Source: Octopus vulgaris
Lineage: Eukaryota
Length of the DNA stretch: 64,000 nt
Assembly (NCBI GenBank): GCA_951406725.2
Contig: OX597834.1
Coordinates: 16,864,001 to 16,928,000 of the forward strand
Direction of reading: 5' to 3'
In this document: positions 50,001-62,350 of the stretch, in pieces
Position numbering within the stretch: the first letter of the stretch is position 1
Layout: each line of letters opens with the position of its first letter
Translations under genes and position numbers: made by a program
Notes under the pieces: model-generated
What the model was told of the DNA's origin: nothing
Databases searched by the model: none
Seen by the model: only the letters and a program-made list of their open reading frames with translations

Positions 50001-50320
50001 TCAAATATTAAGTAAAAGTCGTTGTTTAGCTCCTGGTTGACTCTTGCTCAGCCAAACTATATTCAGATGCTTAACAATCGTGACTAACTCATGTTATGAA
50101 AAAGCCATAAAACTACATGGTGTAAGATATCGGTTTCAAATTTTGGCACAAGGCCAGTGGCTAAGTCGATTTCGTCGACACCAGCAACTGTTACTTATTT
50201 TATCGACCCTGAAAGGATGGAAAGCAAAGTCGACCTCGACGGAATTTGAAATCAGGCCGTAAAGATAGATGAAATGCCTCTAAGCATATTTATTTCTTTA
50301 CTACCCACAAGGGGCTAAAC

Positions 50321-50499
50321 CAGTGCTTTTAAAACTTTTTGCTGGAGCGGAACCCCACGGAAACATTCCACTGGCCCGAGGAACCCCTGTGCAATAATTT
50401 AATAGTCTTATGCACACATATCTGCACAGGAGACTTAAAAATTACTGCCGACTTTAGCAGTTTTGTAACTTCTTGCGGAACCCTGGTTGAAAACCACTG
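50321..50499. mobile_element. hAT (Charlie-like) MITE inserted in a SINE B
   Basis: 8-bp TSD GGCTAAAC at 50313-50320 and 50500-50507; TIRs CAGTGCTTTT / AAAACCACTG. Confidence 0.85.
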
Positions 50500-50669
50500 G
50501 GCTAAACACAGAGAGGACAGACAAAGGGATTAAGTCGACCTCGGCGGAATTTGAACTCGGAACGTAACGACAGACGAAATACGGCTACGCATTTTGTCCG
50601 GGGTGCTAACGATTCTGCCAGCTCGCCGCCTTTACGTGGTGGAAGATATTGCTGTATCTTTCATTTATC

Positions 50670-52492
50670 TTTTGCTTATTTCAGCTATTGGATTGTGGTC
50701 ATGCTGGGGTATCATCATCTCGAAGGGCTTAATCGAATAAATCGACCCTCGTACTTATTTTTGTCAAGCCTGGTACTTATTCTATCAGTCTCTTTCGTTG
50801 AACAATTAAGTGGTGGGGAAGAACACACATACAACGAGCTTCAGTTTCCGTCTGCAAGATCCATTCACTAGGTTTTCGTTGGCCCAAGACTAAAGTGAAA
50901 GAGACTTGCCGGGACTGAACCTGAAACCATGTGGTTGGGAAGCAAACTTCTTACCACATAGCCACGCCTGCGGATGGTTAAGCAGGTCTCAATACAGTTG
51001 TGTTATTTCAACTTCAATCCGGCTACATGACCCCCCTTGGGCAAGTTCTTCTATCAAAGCTTTGAGTTAACTAATACCATTTGAGTGGAACTTAATTTAA
51101 GGAAGGTATGCAGAAGTTCATCACATATGTAATATATCATATCTTTTACTTGCTTCAGTCATTAGACTGCAGCCATGCTGAGGCACTGCCTTGAAGAATT
51201 TTAGTTGAACAAATCGACCCATATATCTTTTACTTGTTTCAGTCATTTGACTGCGGCCATGCTGGAGCACCGCCCTTAATCGAGGAACTCGACCCCGGGA
51301 CTTATTCTTTTTTGTAAGCCCAGTACTTATTCTATCGGTTTCTTTTGCCGAACCGCTAAGTAACGGGGACATAAGCACACCAGCATCGGCTGTCAAGCAA
51401 TGCTAGGGGGACAAACACACACACGCATATATACATATACATATATACGACAGGCTTCTTTCAGTTTCCATCTACCAAATCCACTCACAAGGCATTGGTC
51501 GGCCCAAAGGCTATAGCAGAAGACACTTGCCCAAGATGCCACGCAGTGGGACTGAACCCGGAACCATGTGGTTAGTTAGCAAGCTACTTACCACACAGCC
51601 ACTCCTGCGCCTATCTCTCATATATATATATATTTCTTTTTTACTTTTTCAAACCTGGTACTTATTCTGTTGGTTTCTTATGCCAAATTGCTAAGTTACT
51701 GGGACATAAACACACCAACACAGGTTATCATGCAGTGGTGGAGGACAAATACACACACACACACACACTCATACAACAGGTTTTACTATAGGCTTCTTTC
51801 AGTTTCCATCTGTCAAATCCACTCACAAAGCTTTGGTTGGCCCAAGGTTATAGTAGAAGATTCTTGTCCAAGGTGCCACACAGTGAGACTGAACCTGGAA
51901 TCATGTGGTTGGGAAGTAAACTTCTAACCACACAGCCACGAAGCTAAAAATTTCACAACAAACAAATACTTTTTACTATGATTTCTCTTTCCACTCCAGT
52001 GATTAAGTTGAGAAGACTGTAACATTTGAGTCCATTGTTCAATGTCCTTGACCTCTTCTATGGTATTTTCACAGGGAGAAGGTTTTGTTAGGTAGGTCAA
52101 ATAAAGAGTCAAAATTCCAAATTTTTAATTCTTTTTCTGACCAACAAATATTTTGACTATAATTGTTTCTTTCATGCTTTTGTATTCATATATACTGTTG
52201 ATCTGGTCTCAAATTCATGTTTATTTACAAAATCAATCTATTTGACCCTTTATCATTCAGATTACTCAGTTACTTACTTTTACTTTACTTTACTTTTACT
52301 TGTTTCAGTCATTTGACTGCGGCCATGCTGGAGCACCGCCTTTAGTCGAGCAAATCGACCCCGGGACTTATTCTTTGTAAGCCCAGTACATATTCTATCG
52401 GTCTCTTTTTGCCGAACCGCTAAGTGACGGGGATGTAAACACACCAGCATCGGTTGTCAAGCAATGCTAGAGGGACTAACACAGACACACAA

Positions 52493-52539
<47 letters not shown>

Positions 52540-52705
52540 CATACGACAGGCTTCTTTCAGTTTCCGTCTACCAAATCCACTCACAAGGCTTTGGTCGGCC
52601 CGAGGCTATAGTGGAAGACATTTGCCCAAGATGCCACGCAGTGGGACTGAACCCGGAACCATGTAGTTCATAAGCAAGCTACTTACCACACAGTCACTCC
52701 TGCGC
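50670..52705 (-). mobile_element. Cluster of co-oriented SINE A copies
   Basis: Copies at ~50670-50970, 51140-51220, 51225-51613, 51650-51940, 52270-52705. Confidence 0.8.
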
Positions 52706-53300
52706 AAAGAGTTAAATGTATTGCTTATTTATTCACATTGTTTTGAATTAATAATGCATTATCTTGTCGCTTCGATGTTTATTTATTGAACGACATTGTA
52801 GGATATATATGAGAGATTGGTTTTGGCTGTTTTGAACATAAAACAGGTAGAATATTCAAACCTGATATGGCTGGTTTAATCCTTTTGTTACCATATTATT
52901 TTGAGATGCTCTGTGTTTCTTTCAATCAATTTTAAATATAACAAAGAGTTTAGTAAAATAATTTAGTTATCATTAACCCTTTAGTGTTCAGATTACTCTG
53001 TTAAATGTAATACTTTTTCAGTTAAATTGTTTTGAATTAATCATGCATTACCTTATAGCTTTGAGGTTTTAATGATGTGACTGTTTATATTTAGAATGAC
53101 ATTGTAGGTTAGGTGTGAGAGGCTAGATATTGCCAGTTTGAATATAAAACATGTAGAATATTTGGGCCAGATATGGCCTATGTTTAGTAAAACTAATTTA
53201 GTTATCATTAAGCTCGTGTTAGGAACATAGATTGTGACTAAGGTTTGGTGGAAGATTTTCATTCAAAACTTATGAAAACACGACATTAACAGCAGACCTT

Positions 53301-53400
53301 GAAGTTCTGATGAAATTATCCTCATATCACATAAATGCAAATTTAATCTACAAATTTGTAATTAAATTATTGAGTATTAATTGAAACGGCTGTAAGAAGT
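53301..53400 (+). ncRNA. Degenerate hammerhead-like motif
   Basis: CTGATGA-AATTA..CTCA...TGAG..TAATT-GAAA-CGGCTG-TA; stem I weak. Confidence 0.45.
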
Positions 53401-53476
53401 GAAGATGACCAATTTGTTAATTATAAATAATTGTTAACTACCTTATCTCCATTTTCTTTTAACTGGATATAATCTA

Positions 53477-53965
53477 TATAAATGCAGAAGTGGCAGTGTG
53501 GTAAGTAGCTTGCTTACCAACCACATGGTTCCTGGTTCAGTCCCACTATATAAATGCAGGAGTGGCAGTGTGGTAAGTAGCTTGCTTACCAACCACATGG
53601 TTCCTGGTTCAGTCCCACTGCATGGCACCTTGGGCAATTGTCTTCTACTATAGCCTCGGTTTGACCAAATCCTTGTGAGTGGCTTTGGTAGACAGAAACT
53701 GAAAGAAGCCCATCGTATATATGTATATATATATATGTTTATGTGTGTGTGTGTGTATGTTTGCGAGTCTGTGTTTGTTCCCCCAACATCATTTGACAAC
53801 CGATGCTGGTGTGTTTACGTCCCCGTAACTTAGCAGTTTGGCAAAAGAGACCGATTGAATAAATACTAGGCTTACAAAGAATAAGTCCCGGGGTCAATTT
53901 TCTCAACTAAAGGTGGTGCTCCAACATGGCCACAGTCAAATGACTGAAACAAGTAAAAGAGTATA
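53477..53965 (+). mobile_element. SINE family A with duplicated ~72-bp head
   Basis: TATAAATGCAG(A/G)AGTGGCAGTGTGGTAAG...GTCCCACT twice. Confidence 0.85.
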
Positions 53966-54204
53966 TGCTTAATATGTACCTATTGTTTTAAGGGAATTTC
54001 ATTCCCCAACAATACTAGGTATTGAACCCGTATTTCCTCGGATGCAACTGAAATGCTCCTGAGCATTTTATCAAGCGTGCTAAGGATTCTGCCAGCTCAA
54101 CACCTATCAACAGCTTAATAATGAAATAATGAAAAGGTGACTTTATCTTATTAACTCTTTAGTGTTTAACCCTTTTGATACCAACCTAGCTGAAACCACC
54201 TCTG

Positions 54205-55570
54205 ATCAACTTTATCAAAAGCTTTTGCAAAAGTCCACATTTGAGTTGTCGAATAACTGCTTCAACACCCAGTCATATCATAGTGCTGTAGGAACTATGT
54301 CAGACAACTCCTACCAGCTCAAAAAACATGTTGGGTATCACTCAGCAAGTCATTTTCTTCAAATAATGTGATTAGTTTCCCCCTGATAGGTTTGCTGATA
54401 GGTGAAGTCAGAGAGATAGGCCTATAATTTTTGGCATTTGCTCTGCTTACTCCTTCATGGATTGGGCATATTATTCCCTCCTTCAGTTTACTTGGCAGCT
54501 TGCCATGTGCAAGAAATCTCTGGAAGAGAATTTGTAGTGGTTTTACCAGGGCACGTTTGAACAATTTGAGGAGGATTGCTGGGAAACAATCAGGGTCAGC
54601 AGCTGATTTTCCATCCACCTCATCTATGGCTAGTATTATATCTTCTTCCCCAATGTCAACGTAATCTATCATAACTGCCTCTCTGGTTATAGGTGAGGTG
54701 ACAAAGAAGTCTACTGGTTCATTCACTTGTCTGTGTTCCAAAGGGGTTGTAAAGACACTTTTGAACTGGTCATTCAGTATTTCACTGATCTTGGTTGGGT
54801 TATCTATGAGGGAGCCATCCTTCCGAAAGAAGGGTCCTATTTTGCAGCATACTGAGGCTGTTTCTTTGGCCTAACAAAAGAAGGCCTTTGGGTTTGACTT
54901 TATGTTTTTTATAACCCAGGCTTCTTTGTCTGCTCTCTCCTTCACATAAGATTGTTGCAAGCTTTTTTCAGTCTCCATCAGTGTTGTTTTTAGGTGGGAC
55001 CTTTCACTACTTTTGGGATGTTGGTTGAAACAATTCGCAACCTTCATCCATCATCTCATGAGGATCTTCCTCTCCTTTGGAATCTCATTCCTTTTTGTGT
55101 TGGCCTTGTGGTCTATTTTGCAGCATATGGCTTGCATAACAGACATGAAATACTCTAGTTTCATGCTAATCTCTGGTGTGGAGAGACATTTTGGTCAGTT
55201 CTGTCTGAGGATCCCTTTTTGGATCGATTTCCAATCCGCTTTGTGTAAGTTCAGACTGAAGAGATTTCAGATGCTTCCTTTAGGCTGTATGCCTGTGGCT
55301 ACTTTTGGTCCATACTTAGACAGCTCTATTCTGTTGTGATCTGAAACTAATGTCGGCATCACTTTCTCATTATGACCAATGTCCATATTGTTTGTGAAAC
55401 AGAGATCCAATATGTTATTTTCCATGGCTGGTCAGAGCACAGTTTGCTCCATGAATAGGGCATTGGTGAGGTTGAGCAGGGACTCCACCTGTACTTGTTT
55501 GCAATGAGTCAGGCAAATGGCCTGAGGACACTGGGTAAGTTGAAATCACTCATAAGGAACATATTCACGT
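54205..55570 (-). mobile_element. Second, more decayed copy of the CR1-group LINE at 39520-42290
   Basis: FPAILLKL..RALVKPLQILFQ...NYRPISLTS; collinear nucleotide similarity; lacks the SINE E insertion. Confidence 0.88.
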
Positions 55571-55718
55571 GTCTTGCTCAAAGACAACACGTCGCTGGAA
55601 ATTGAACTCATAACGTTACAATCATGAGCTGAATGCCCTAACCACTAAGCCACGTGCCTTCACTATTTAACCACACTTCTAGTATTATTTCTTTGTGAGC
55701 CAAGGAAGAATCTTCTTA

Positions 55719-56106
55719 AGGTGCAGGAGTGGCTGTGTGGTAAGTAGCTTGCTTACCAACCACATGGTTCTGAGTTCATTCTCACTGCGTGGCACCTTGG
55801 GCAAGTGTCTTCTACTATAGCCTTGGGCCGACCAAAGCCTTGTGAGTGGATTTGGTAGACGGAAACTGGAGGAAGCCCGTTGTATATATGTATATATATG
55901 TTTGTGTGTCTGTGTTTGTCCCCCCCCCACCATTGCTTGACAACCGATGGTGGTGGGTTTACGTCCCGTAACTTAGCGGTTCAGCAAAAGAGACTGATAG
56001 AATAAGTACTAGGCTTACAAAGAATAAGTCCCGGGGTCGATTTACTCGACTAGAAATGGTGCTCCAGCATGGCCGCAGTCAAATGACTGAAACAAGTAAA
56101 AGAGTA
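55719..56106 (+). mobile_element. SINE family A
   Basis: Full-length match. Confidence 0.85.
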
Positions 56107-56466
56107 TTTGTGGTTCTCAATCATTTCTGGCCTGTGGACCCTTTTGATTCCTATTTTACTCTATTGGACCCTCATAGACATTCAGGCATAGCTGTGTAGT
56201 AAGAAGCTTACTTCCCAACTACATGGTTCTGGGTTCAGTCCCACTACATGGCACCTTAGGCAAGTGTTTTTTACTAGAGCCTTGGGTCAACCAGAGCCAT
56301 GTGAGTGGACTTGAGAGATGGAAACTGAAAGAAGCCAGTTGTATATATATACATATATATATATAAAATTTAAAAATTAAATAAGGGTAGAAATTGATAT
56401 TAATCAATTAAAACCAGTGGCCTAGCATATTATTTTGAAAAATCCGAAGATTAAAAATTTTATACA

Positions 56467-56803
56467 TACAAAATTTAGAGTAATGACCACTAATAGTGGA
56501 CAGCCTGTATGCTAGATATAGATGTCAAACTCACCATTTACCACAAAGAATGTGTTCTCAAAAAAATTCAGCAAAAACCAAAGTTTAAAAATAAGACAAA
56601 TGAAAATATACAGAAATAAAAAAACTAATTAGTACGTAGGTAATGGTTTTTTTATTTTCGTATATTTTCATTTGTCTTATTTTTAAACTTTGGTTTTTGC
56701 TGAATTTTTTGAGAACACATTCTTCGTGGTAAATGGCGAGTTTGACATCTATATCTAACATACAGGCTGTCCACTATTAGTGGTCATTCCTCTAAATTTT
56801 GTA
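56467..56803. repeat. Near-perfect inverted repeat (~160-bp arms) inside a SINE A (56185-57060)
   Basis: TACAAAATTTAGAGTAATGACCACTAATAGTGGACAGCCTGTATG / CATACAGGCTGTCCACTATTAGTGGTCATTCCTCTAAATTTTGTA; ~20-nt spacer. Confidence 0.92.
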
Positions 56804-57783
56804 TATATATATATATATGTATATCTATGTGTGGATGTCTTTCTTCCTATGGTTGTCCCCACCACCACTACCACTGGACAACCACTGTTTGTGTGTTTGC
56901 ATCCCCATAACTTAACAGTTTGGCAAAAAAGATTGATAGAATAAGTACAAGGCTTTAAAAAAAAATAAGGTACTGGGGTCAAATCATTTGACTAAAAATT
57001 CAGGGCGGTGCCCAACATGGCCACAATCTAATGACTGAAACAAGTAAAAGTTAAAAAATAAAAGATTGTATTTTTATAATTAAATATAATTACAAATTGT
57101 ATAAAAAAAAATTGTTTAGATATTTCGTGGTTATTGAAGAAGTATAACTGGCCTACAGTTATCCCTCACCATATTGTGGTTCACCTCTTGCAGTTTATTA
57201 TTAATGACTTATGTCGATTCCTCTATGGTGTTGTTTTGCATTTATTATAAAATAAATATCACATAAAAAGCACCAACCGATTGTGGCCGTTGCCAGCCCC
57301 CTCTGGCCCCTGTGCCGGTGGCACATAAAAAGCACCCACTACACTCATGGAGTGGTTGACGTTAGGAAGAGCATCCAGCTGTAGAAACACTGCCAGATCA
57401 GACTGGAGCCAGGTGCAACCTCCTAGCTTCCCAGACCCCGGTCGAACCGTCCAATTCATGCCAGCATGGAAAGCGGACGTTAAATGACGATGATGATGAT
57501 GAAATTTTTTAAATGATTAAAAAAAATACACTATAGTACTGTTTCTACTTAGTAGATTTTCACCTGTTGTGGGTGGTTTTGAAATGTAACACCTGCAATA
57601 GTCAAGGGATTACGGTACTGCACATAACTTTTAACAAATAAATCTTCAATCTGCTAGAAATAGCAGCCAAACTTCTCTTTCAATTTTCACCCTGCCAACT
57701 CAAAATAAAGAATACATTATATAAGTGTTGTACAAGGTGCACTGTGCCTGAAAAAAAATGTCTGGTCAATTATATCTGGAATA

Positions 57784-58076
57784 TCTTTATATATAAAAGT
57801 AAGGTTGTGTGTCTGTCTCCTACGATTTAGATTCCTAACTACTCCCACATTTTGCGGTGCAGTATAACCAAAACCGGGTATCTTATAGTCGTGATTCATA
57901 TCGAGCCCTTCTGGGTATTAGCGCGTGTCTACGATTAGTCTATGATAAAAAAAAATTTACCATCATATTTTTCCATTTTAATGCATTTTTTTGCTACTTT
58001 TTGGCTATAACTCTCTGTAAATGCTTATATAGTTATTTCCCTTACAAACCCAAGCAACGCCGGGCGATACTGCTAG
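57784..58076 (+). mobile_element. Non-autonomous Helitron, same family as 3584-3956
   Basis: A|TCTTTATATATAAAAG ... CCCAAGCAACGCCGGG ... CTAG|T. Confidence 0.85.
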
Positions 58077-58662
58077 TCTTTGATAATTGCTTCATCAAAA
58101 AAGACATGAAAATGAACGACATTGTATTTTCGTATCTTATGTTTTTTCTCATAATAATTTAATGATGAATAATGTGAATTGAGATTGTACTCAGTTACTA
58201 AACACCATCATCATCATCACCATTGTCGTCGTTTGTGATCATTGTTTTAATGTCCACTTTTCCATACTAGGATTTGTTGAAGCAGACATTTTCTGGCTGG
58301 ATGCCCTTCTTGTTGCCAATGTCTACCAGTTGCAAATAAGACAATAATTTCCCTATGACCCGGACATGTTGTTTCCCTGTTTATTGGAAATGAATGATGC
58401 TTGTTTACAACTGTTATGCAGTATCAAGAAAAAACACCACACACACACATTATGCATCTATTATAATGCGATTTGCCATGTAGCTCCTCTTTTCCGTTCT
58501 GGACCCCTTCTCTCATTTTCTATTAGAGAACCACCTGGTACTTAATTTAGCGACCCCGAAAGGATGAAAGGCAAAGTCGACCTCGGCGGAATTTGAACTC
58601 TAATGTAGCATCACTCAAGTGAAGTAAACCTTAGTCTTACACGCTGCATGACAACCTCACAG

Positions 58663-58900
58663 TACTTATTTCTTTACTACCCACAAGGGGCTAAACACAG
58701 AGAGGACAAACAAGGACAGACAAACGGATTAAGTCGATTATATCGACCCCAGTGCTTAACTGGTACTTAATTTAGCGACCCCGAAAGGATGAAAGGCAAA
58801 GTCAACGTCGGCAGAATTTGAACTCACAACGTTACAGCAGACGAAATACCGCTAAGCATTTCGCCCGGCGTGCTAACGATTCTGCCAGCTCACCGCCTTA
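58663..58900 (-). mobile_element. SINE family B, full length
   Basis: Complete head to tail. Confidence 0.85.
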
Positions 58901-59394
58901 ACCACATGATTGGGAAGTAAGTGTATCGAGGATAAAAGGGTAAAGACCCCCTTCGGTCATGAATAACCATGGGATTGCACCAAGGAAGTTCCTCTCTGAG
59001 ACACAAGTCTGGACAAGATTGTTTATGTCTATATCTCTTTTGTGTTTGCCACCCCCCGCCCCACTATTGCTTGACAACTGGTATTGGTTTGTTTATGTCC
59101 CCATAACTTAGGAGTTTGGCAAAAAGAGACCACTAGAATAAGTACCAGGTTTTAAAAACCAAGTACTAGAGTAAATTCGTTCGATTAAAACTTATAAGGT
59201 GGTGCCCCAGCTTGGTCATAGTGCAATGACTGAGGCAATTAAAAGGTAGAAGATACTCTTTAAAGTGGTTGATATTAGAAAGGGCAGCCAACCGTAGAAA
59301 GGAAACCAAAGCTGATTGGAGATGGACGCAATAACACTGTAACCCATATATGAGCGTAGAAAGTGAAAGGATAATGCAGCTGCTGATGAGAGAG

Positions 59395-59590
59395 GGATAG
59401 CTAGGTAGGTAGGTGGGTGGGTAGGTAGATAGATAGATAGATAGATAGGTATGTAGGTAGATAGATAGGTAGGTAGGTGGGTAGGTAGGTAGATAGGTAG
59501 ATAGATAGACAGATAGATAGATAGATAGGTAGGTAGGTAGATAAGTAGGTAGATAGATAGGTAGATAGATAGATAGACAAATAGATAGAC

Positions 59591-59624
<34 letters not shown>

Positions 59625-59676
59625 GTAGGTAGGTAGATAAGTAGGTAGATAGATAGGTAGATAGATAGATAGACAA

Positions 59677-59709
<33 letters not shown>

Positions 59710-59810
59710 CAGATAGATAGGTAGATAGATAGATAGGTAGGTAGGTAGATAGATAGAAAGAAAGAAAGCCGGACAGACAGGCAGATAGATAGCCGGATAG
59801 ACAGATAGAT

Positions 59811-59843
<33 letters not shown>

Positions 59844-59960
59844 AGATAGACGGAGATAGATAGATAGATAGACAGGCAGATAAACAGATAGAAAGATTAT
59901 CAGGCAGACAGCCGGATAGATAGACAGATCAATCGATAGATATAGCGAGAGAAAGAGAGG
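59395..59960. repeat. (TAGA/TAGG)n microsatellite
   Basis: Direct reading. Confidence 0.95.
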
Positions 59961-60414
59961 GGAGAGATTAGATATATACAATTTTAGTCTTGACGTAATG
60001 AATCTGATTTATCCTAGTCGTTCTTCCTAGATTAGGATAAATTTTTTTTTTAATTATACCTGACATTTCAAATTGTCAGGTACAATTCATTAGACACATG
60101 TATACATGTGTGTGAGTTTAAAAAATCAGTTTTATGACGAAACGTCGAAGCCACTGTTGGCAAACATTTTAAAACATCAATATTTATCTTAATATTTAAA
60201 GGGAAATATTTTAAGTCAAGCAAAAACACGTGACAGTGTTACGAAACGTGTAGAGATAAACTCAGTGCCTTGTTTAAAAATAGGAAAATGCAAAGCTCAT
60301 CAATTTAGTGACTAAAGGGAGAATACCGTAGCTTTAACGCAGTACTTTCCCTTTAGCAACTTCCTGTGACTAATCCTCTCCTCCCCCTGTCTGTCTATAT
60401 CTGTATCTTTTTTT

Positions 60415-60782
60415 CTCCTCTCTCATTGAATTACTCTATCTTTTTTCTCCTCCTCTCATTGAATTACTATATCTTTTTCCTCCTGTCATTGAATTACTAT
60501 ATCTATTTCCTCCTCTCATTAAATTACTGTATCTTTCTCCTCCTCTCATTGAATTACTGTATCTTTCTCCTCCTCTCATTGAATTACTGTATCTTTCTCC
60601 TCCTCTCATTGAATTACTGTATCTTTCTCTTCCTCTCATTGAATTACTCTATCTTTTTCCTCCTCCTCTCATTGAATTACTGTATCTTTCTCCTCCTCTC
60701 ATTGAATTACTCTATCTTTTTCCTCCTCCTCTCATTGAATTACTGTATCTTTTTCCTCCTCTCATTGAATCACTGTATCTTT
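60415..60782. repeat. 30/33-bp minisatellite, ~12 units
   Basis: CTCCTCTCATTGAATTACTGTATCTTTCTC repeated. Confidence 0.95.
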
Positions 60783-61204
60783 TCGTCATCCTCTTTCATC
60801 CAATACATGTATCATTTTGTCCTTCTCTCTATCTCTCAGCTTCTCTCCCTCTTCTTCTACAGCTCTGTCTCAATCACTTTATCTTCTCTCATTGTATGAT
60901 TGTATCTTTTTTCTTCATCTTTTCCTCGTTCTCAAGCTATATCCTTTCGTTCATTTCTTTCTCTAATTCCATAGCTGTAACATCTCTTTCATTGTGTAGA
61001 CAGCTTTCATTTCTCTTTTTATTTCATTTTTTTTTAAATATCTGTATATCTTTTTATCTTTCTCTCTCACAATCAATTTGTTTCTATCTCCTTTTTGCCC
61101 CTTTCTCTCTCATTCAGATTCTATACCCCTTTTGTTCTATGCTCTCTCTCTCTCATTCGTTTTTGTCCTCCTCCATCATTCTATATAACTAGAACCTTTT
61201 ATTC

Positions 61205-61700
61205 TCCTCTTTCTTTCTTCCTTTCTCTGTCTGTCTCCCTCTTTCTTTCTTCCTTTCTCTGTCTGTCTCCCCCTTTCTTTCTTCCTTTCTCTGTCTGTCT
61301 CCCTCATTCTTTCTTCCTTTCTCTGTCTGTCTCCCTCTTTCTTTCTTCCTTTCTCTGTCTGTCTCCCTCTTTCTTTCTTCCTTTCTCTGTCTGTCTCCCT
61401 CTTTCTTTCTTCCTTTCTCTGTCTGCCTCCCTCTTTCTTCCTTCCTTTCTCTGTCTGTCTCCCTCTTTCTTTCTTCCTTTCTCTGTCTATCTCCCTCTTT
61501 CTTTCTTCCTTTCTCTGTCTGTCTCCCTCTTTCTTTCTTCCTTTCTCTGTCTGTCTCCCTCATTCTTTCTTCCTTTCTCTGTCTGTCTCCCTCTTTCTTT
61601 CTTCCTTTCTCTGTCTGTCTCCCTCTTTCTTTCTTCCTTTCTCTGTCTGCCTCCCTCTTTCTTTCTTCCTTTCTCTGTCTGCCTGTCTCCCCCTCCCTCT
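61205..61700. repeat. 32-bp pyrimidine-rich minisatellite, ~15 units
   Basis: CTTTCTCTGTCTGTCTCCCTCTTTCTTTCTTC repeated. Confidence 0.95.
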
Positions 61701-61759
61701 CTCTCTCTCTCATGCCATAGCGGTATCTTTTTTATTTATTTATTTATTTATTAAAAAAT

Positions 61760-62350
61760 ATCCGTGAGTAGTCGGAGTAATTCGAATGAATGCTTTTGCT
61801 GAACGGAAATATCCGGAAACAGTCGAAGAATAATTTATTGAGGTTGACTTTTTGGGCGCTCGAAAACAGCCGACTTTAACCGAATTTAGTTTAAGGTAGA
61901 AGCCGCCATATTTGATCTCTATCTAAAGGTTAGTACGATTTTCCGCTTTCTTTTCGAAAATGTGTTACCTTTATCGCATTATTTCCTCTTAACAGTGTCG
62001 CAAGTTGTGACAGTAATGTAGACGAAACGTTCGGCAAGAGCTTCGTTCGTCTTTCGGTAGCTTTACAGTGTCGGTTGACATGTTTTCCCTTGCGTCAAGT
62101 CGGAGGGGGGTTTGAAAATTTTTCAGCCGTTTTTTCCTTTCCCGTGTGTGTGTGTGGCATGTTCTTTCCCCCGACACTCGCTTACTCGGTTCGCCACCAT
62201 GTGCTTCGTTTGACATGTAAACCCTTTTCTCTCAGCCACTCGATGGACACTTTTTTTTCAAACATGCACATCTTTTGTTGGCTTTTTGGCGGGTGGAGGA
62301 GAGGACACGCAGAGGGGGGGAGCCGAGTTTTTTTGGCGAGAAACAAAAGA
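61760..62350 (+). promoter_or_regulatory. CpG-rich promoter-like region with possible non-coding first exon
   Basis: Repeat-free and CpG-retaining; CCGGAA (ETS-like) ~61813; GCCGCCATATT (YY1-like) at 61902; donor-like AAG|GTTAGT at 61929. Confidence 0.45.

Noticed and set aside
60415-60782. Regular ~30-bp repeats as a CRISPR array
   Set aside because: No unique spacers, no cas genes, eukaryotic context
59166-61754. Long ORFs of 271, 177, 219 and 174 aa
   Set aside because: Stop-free translations of micro- and minisatellites
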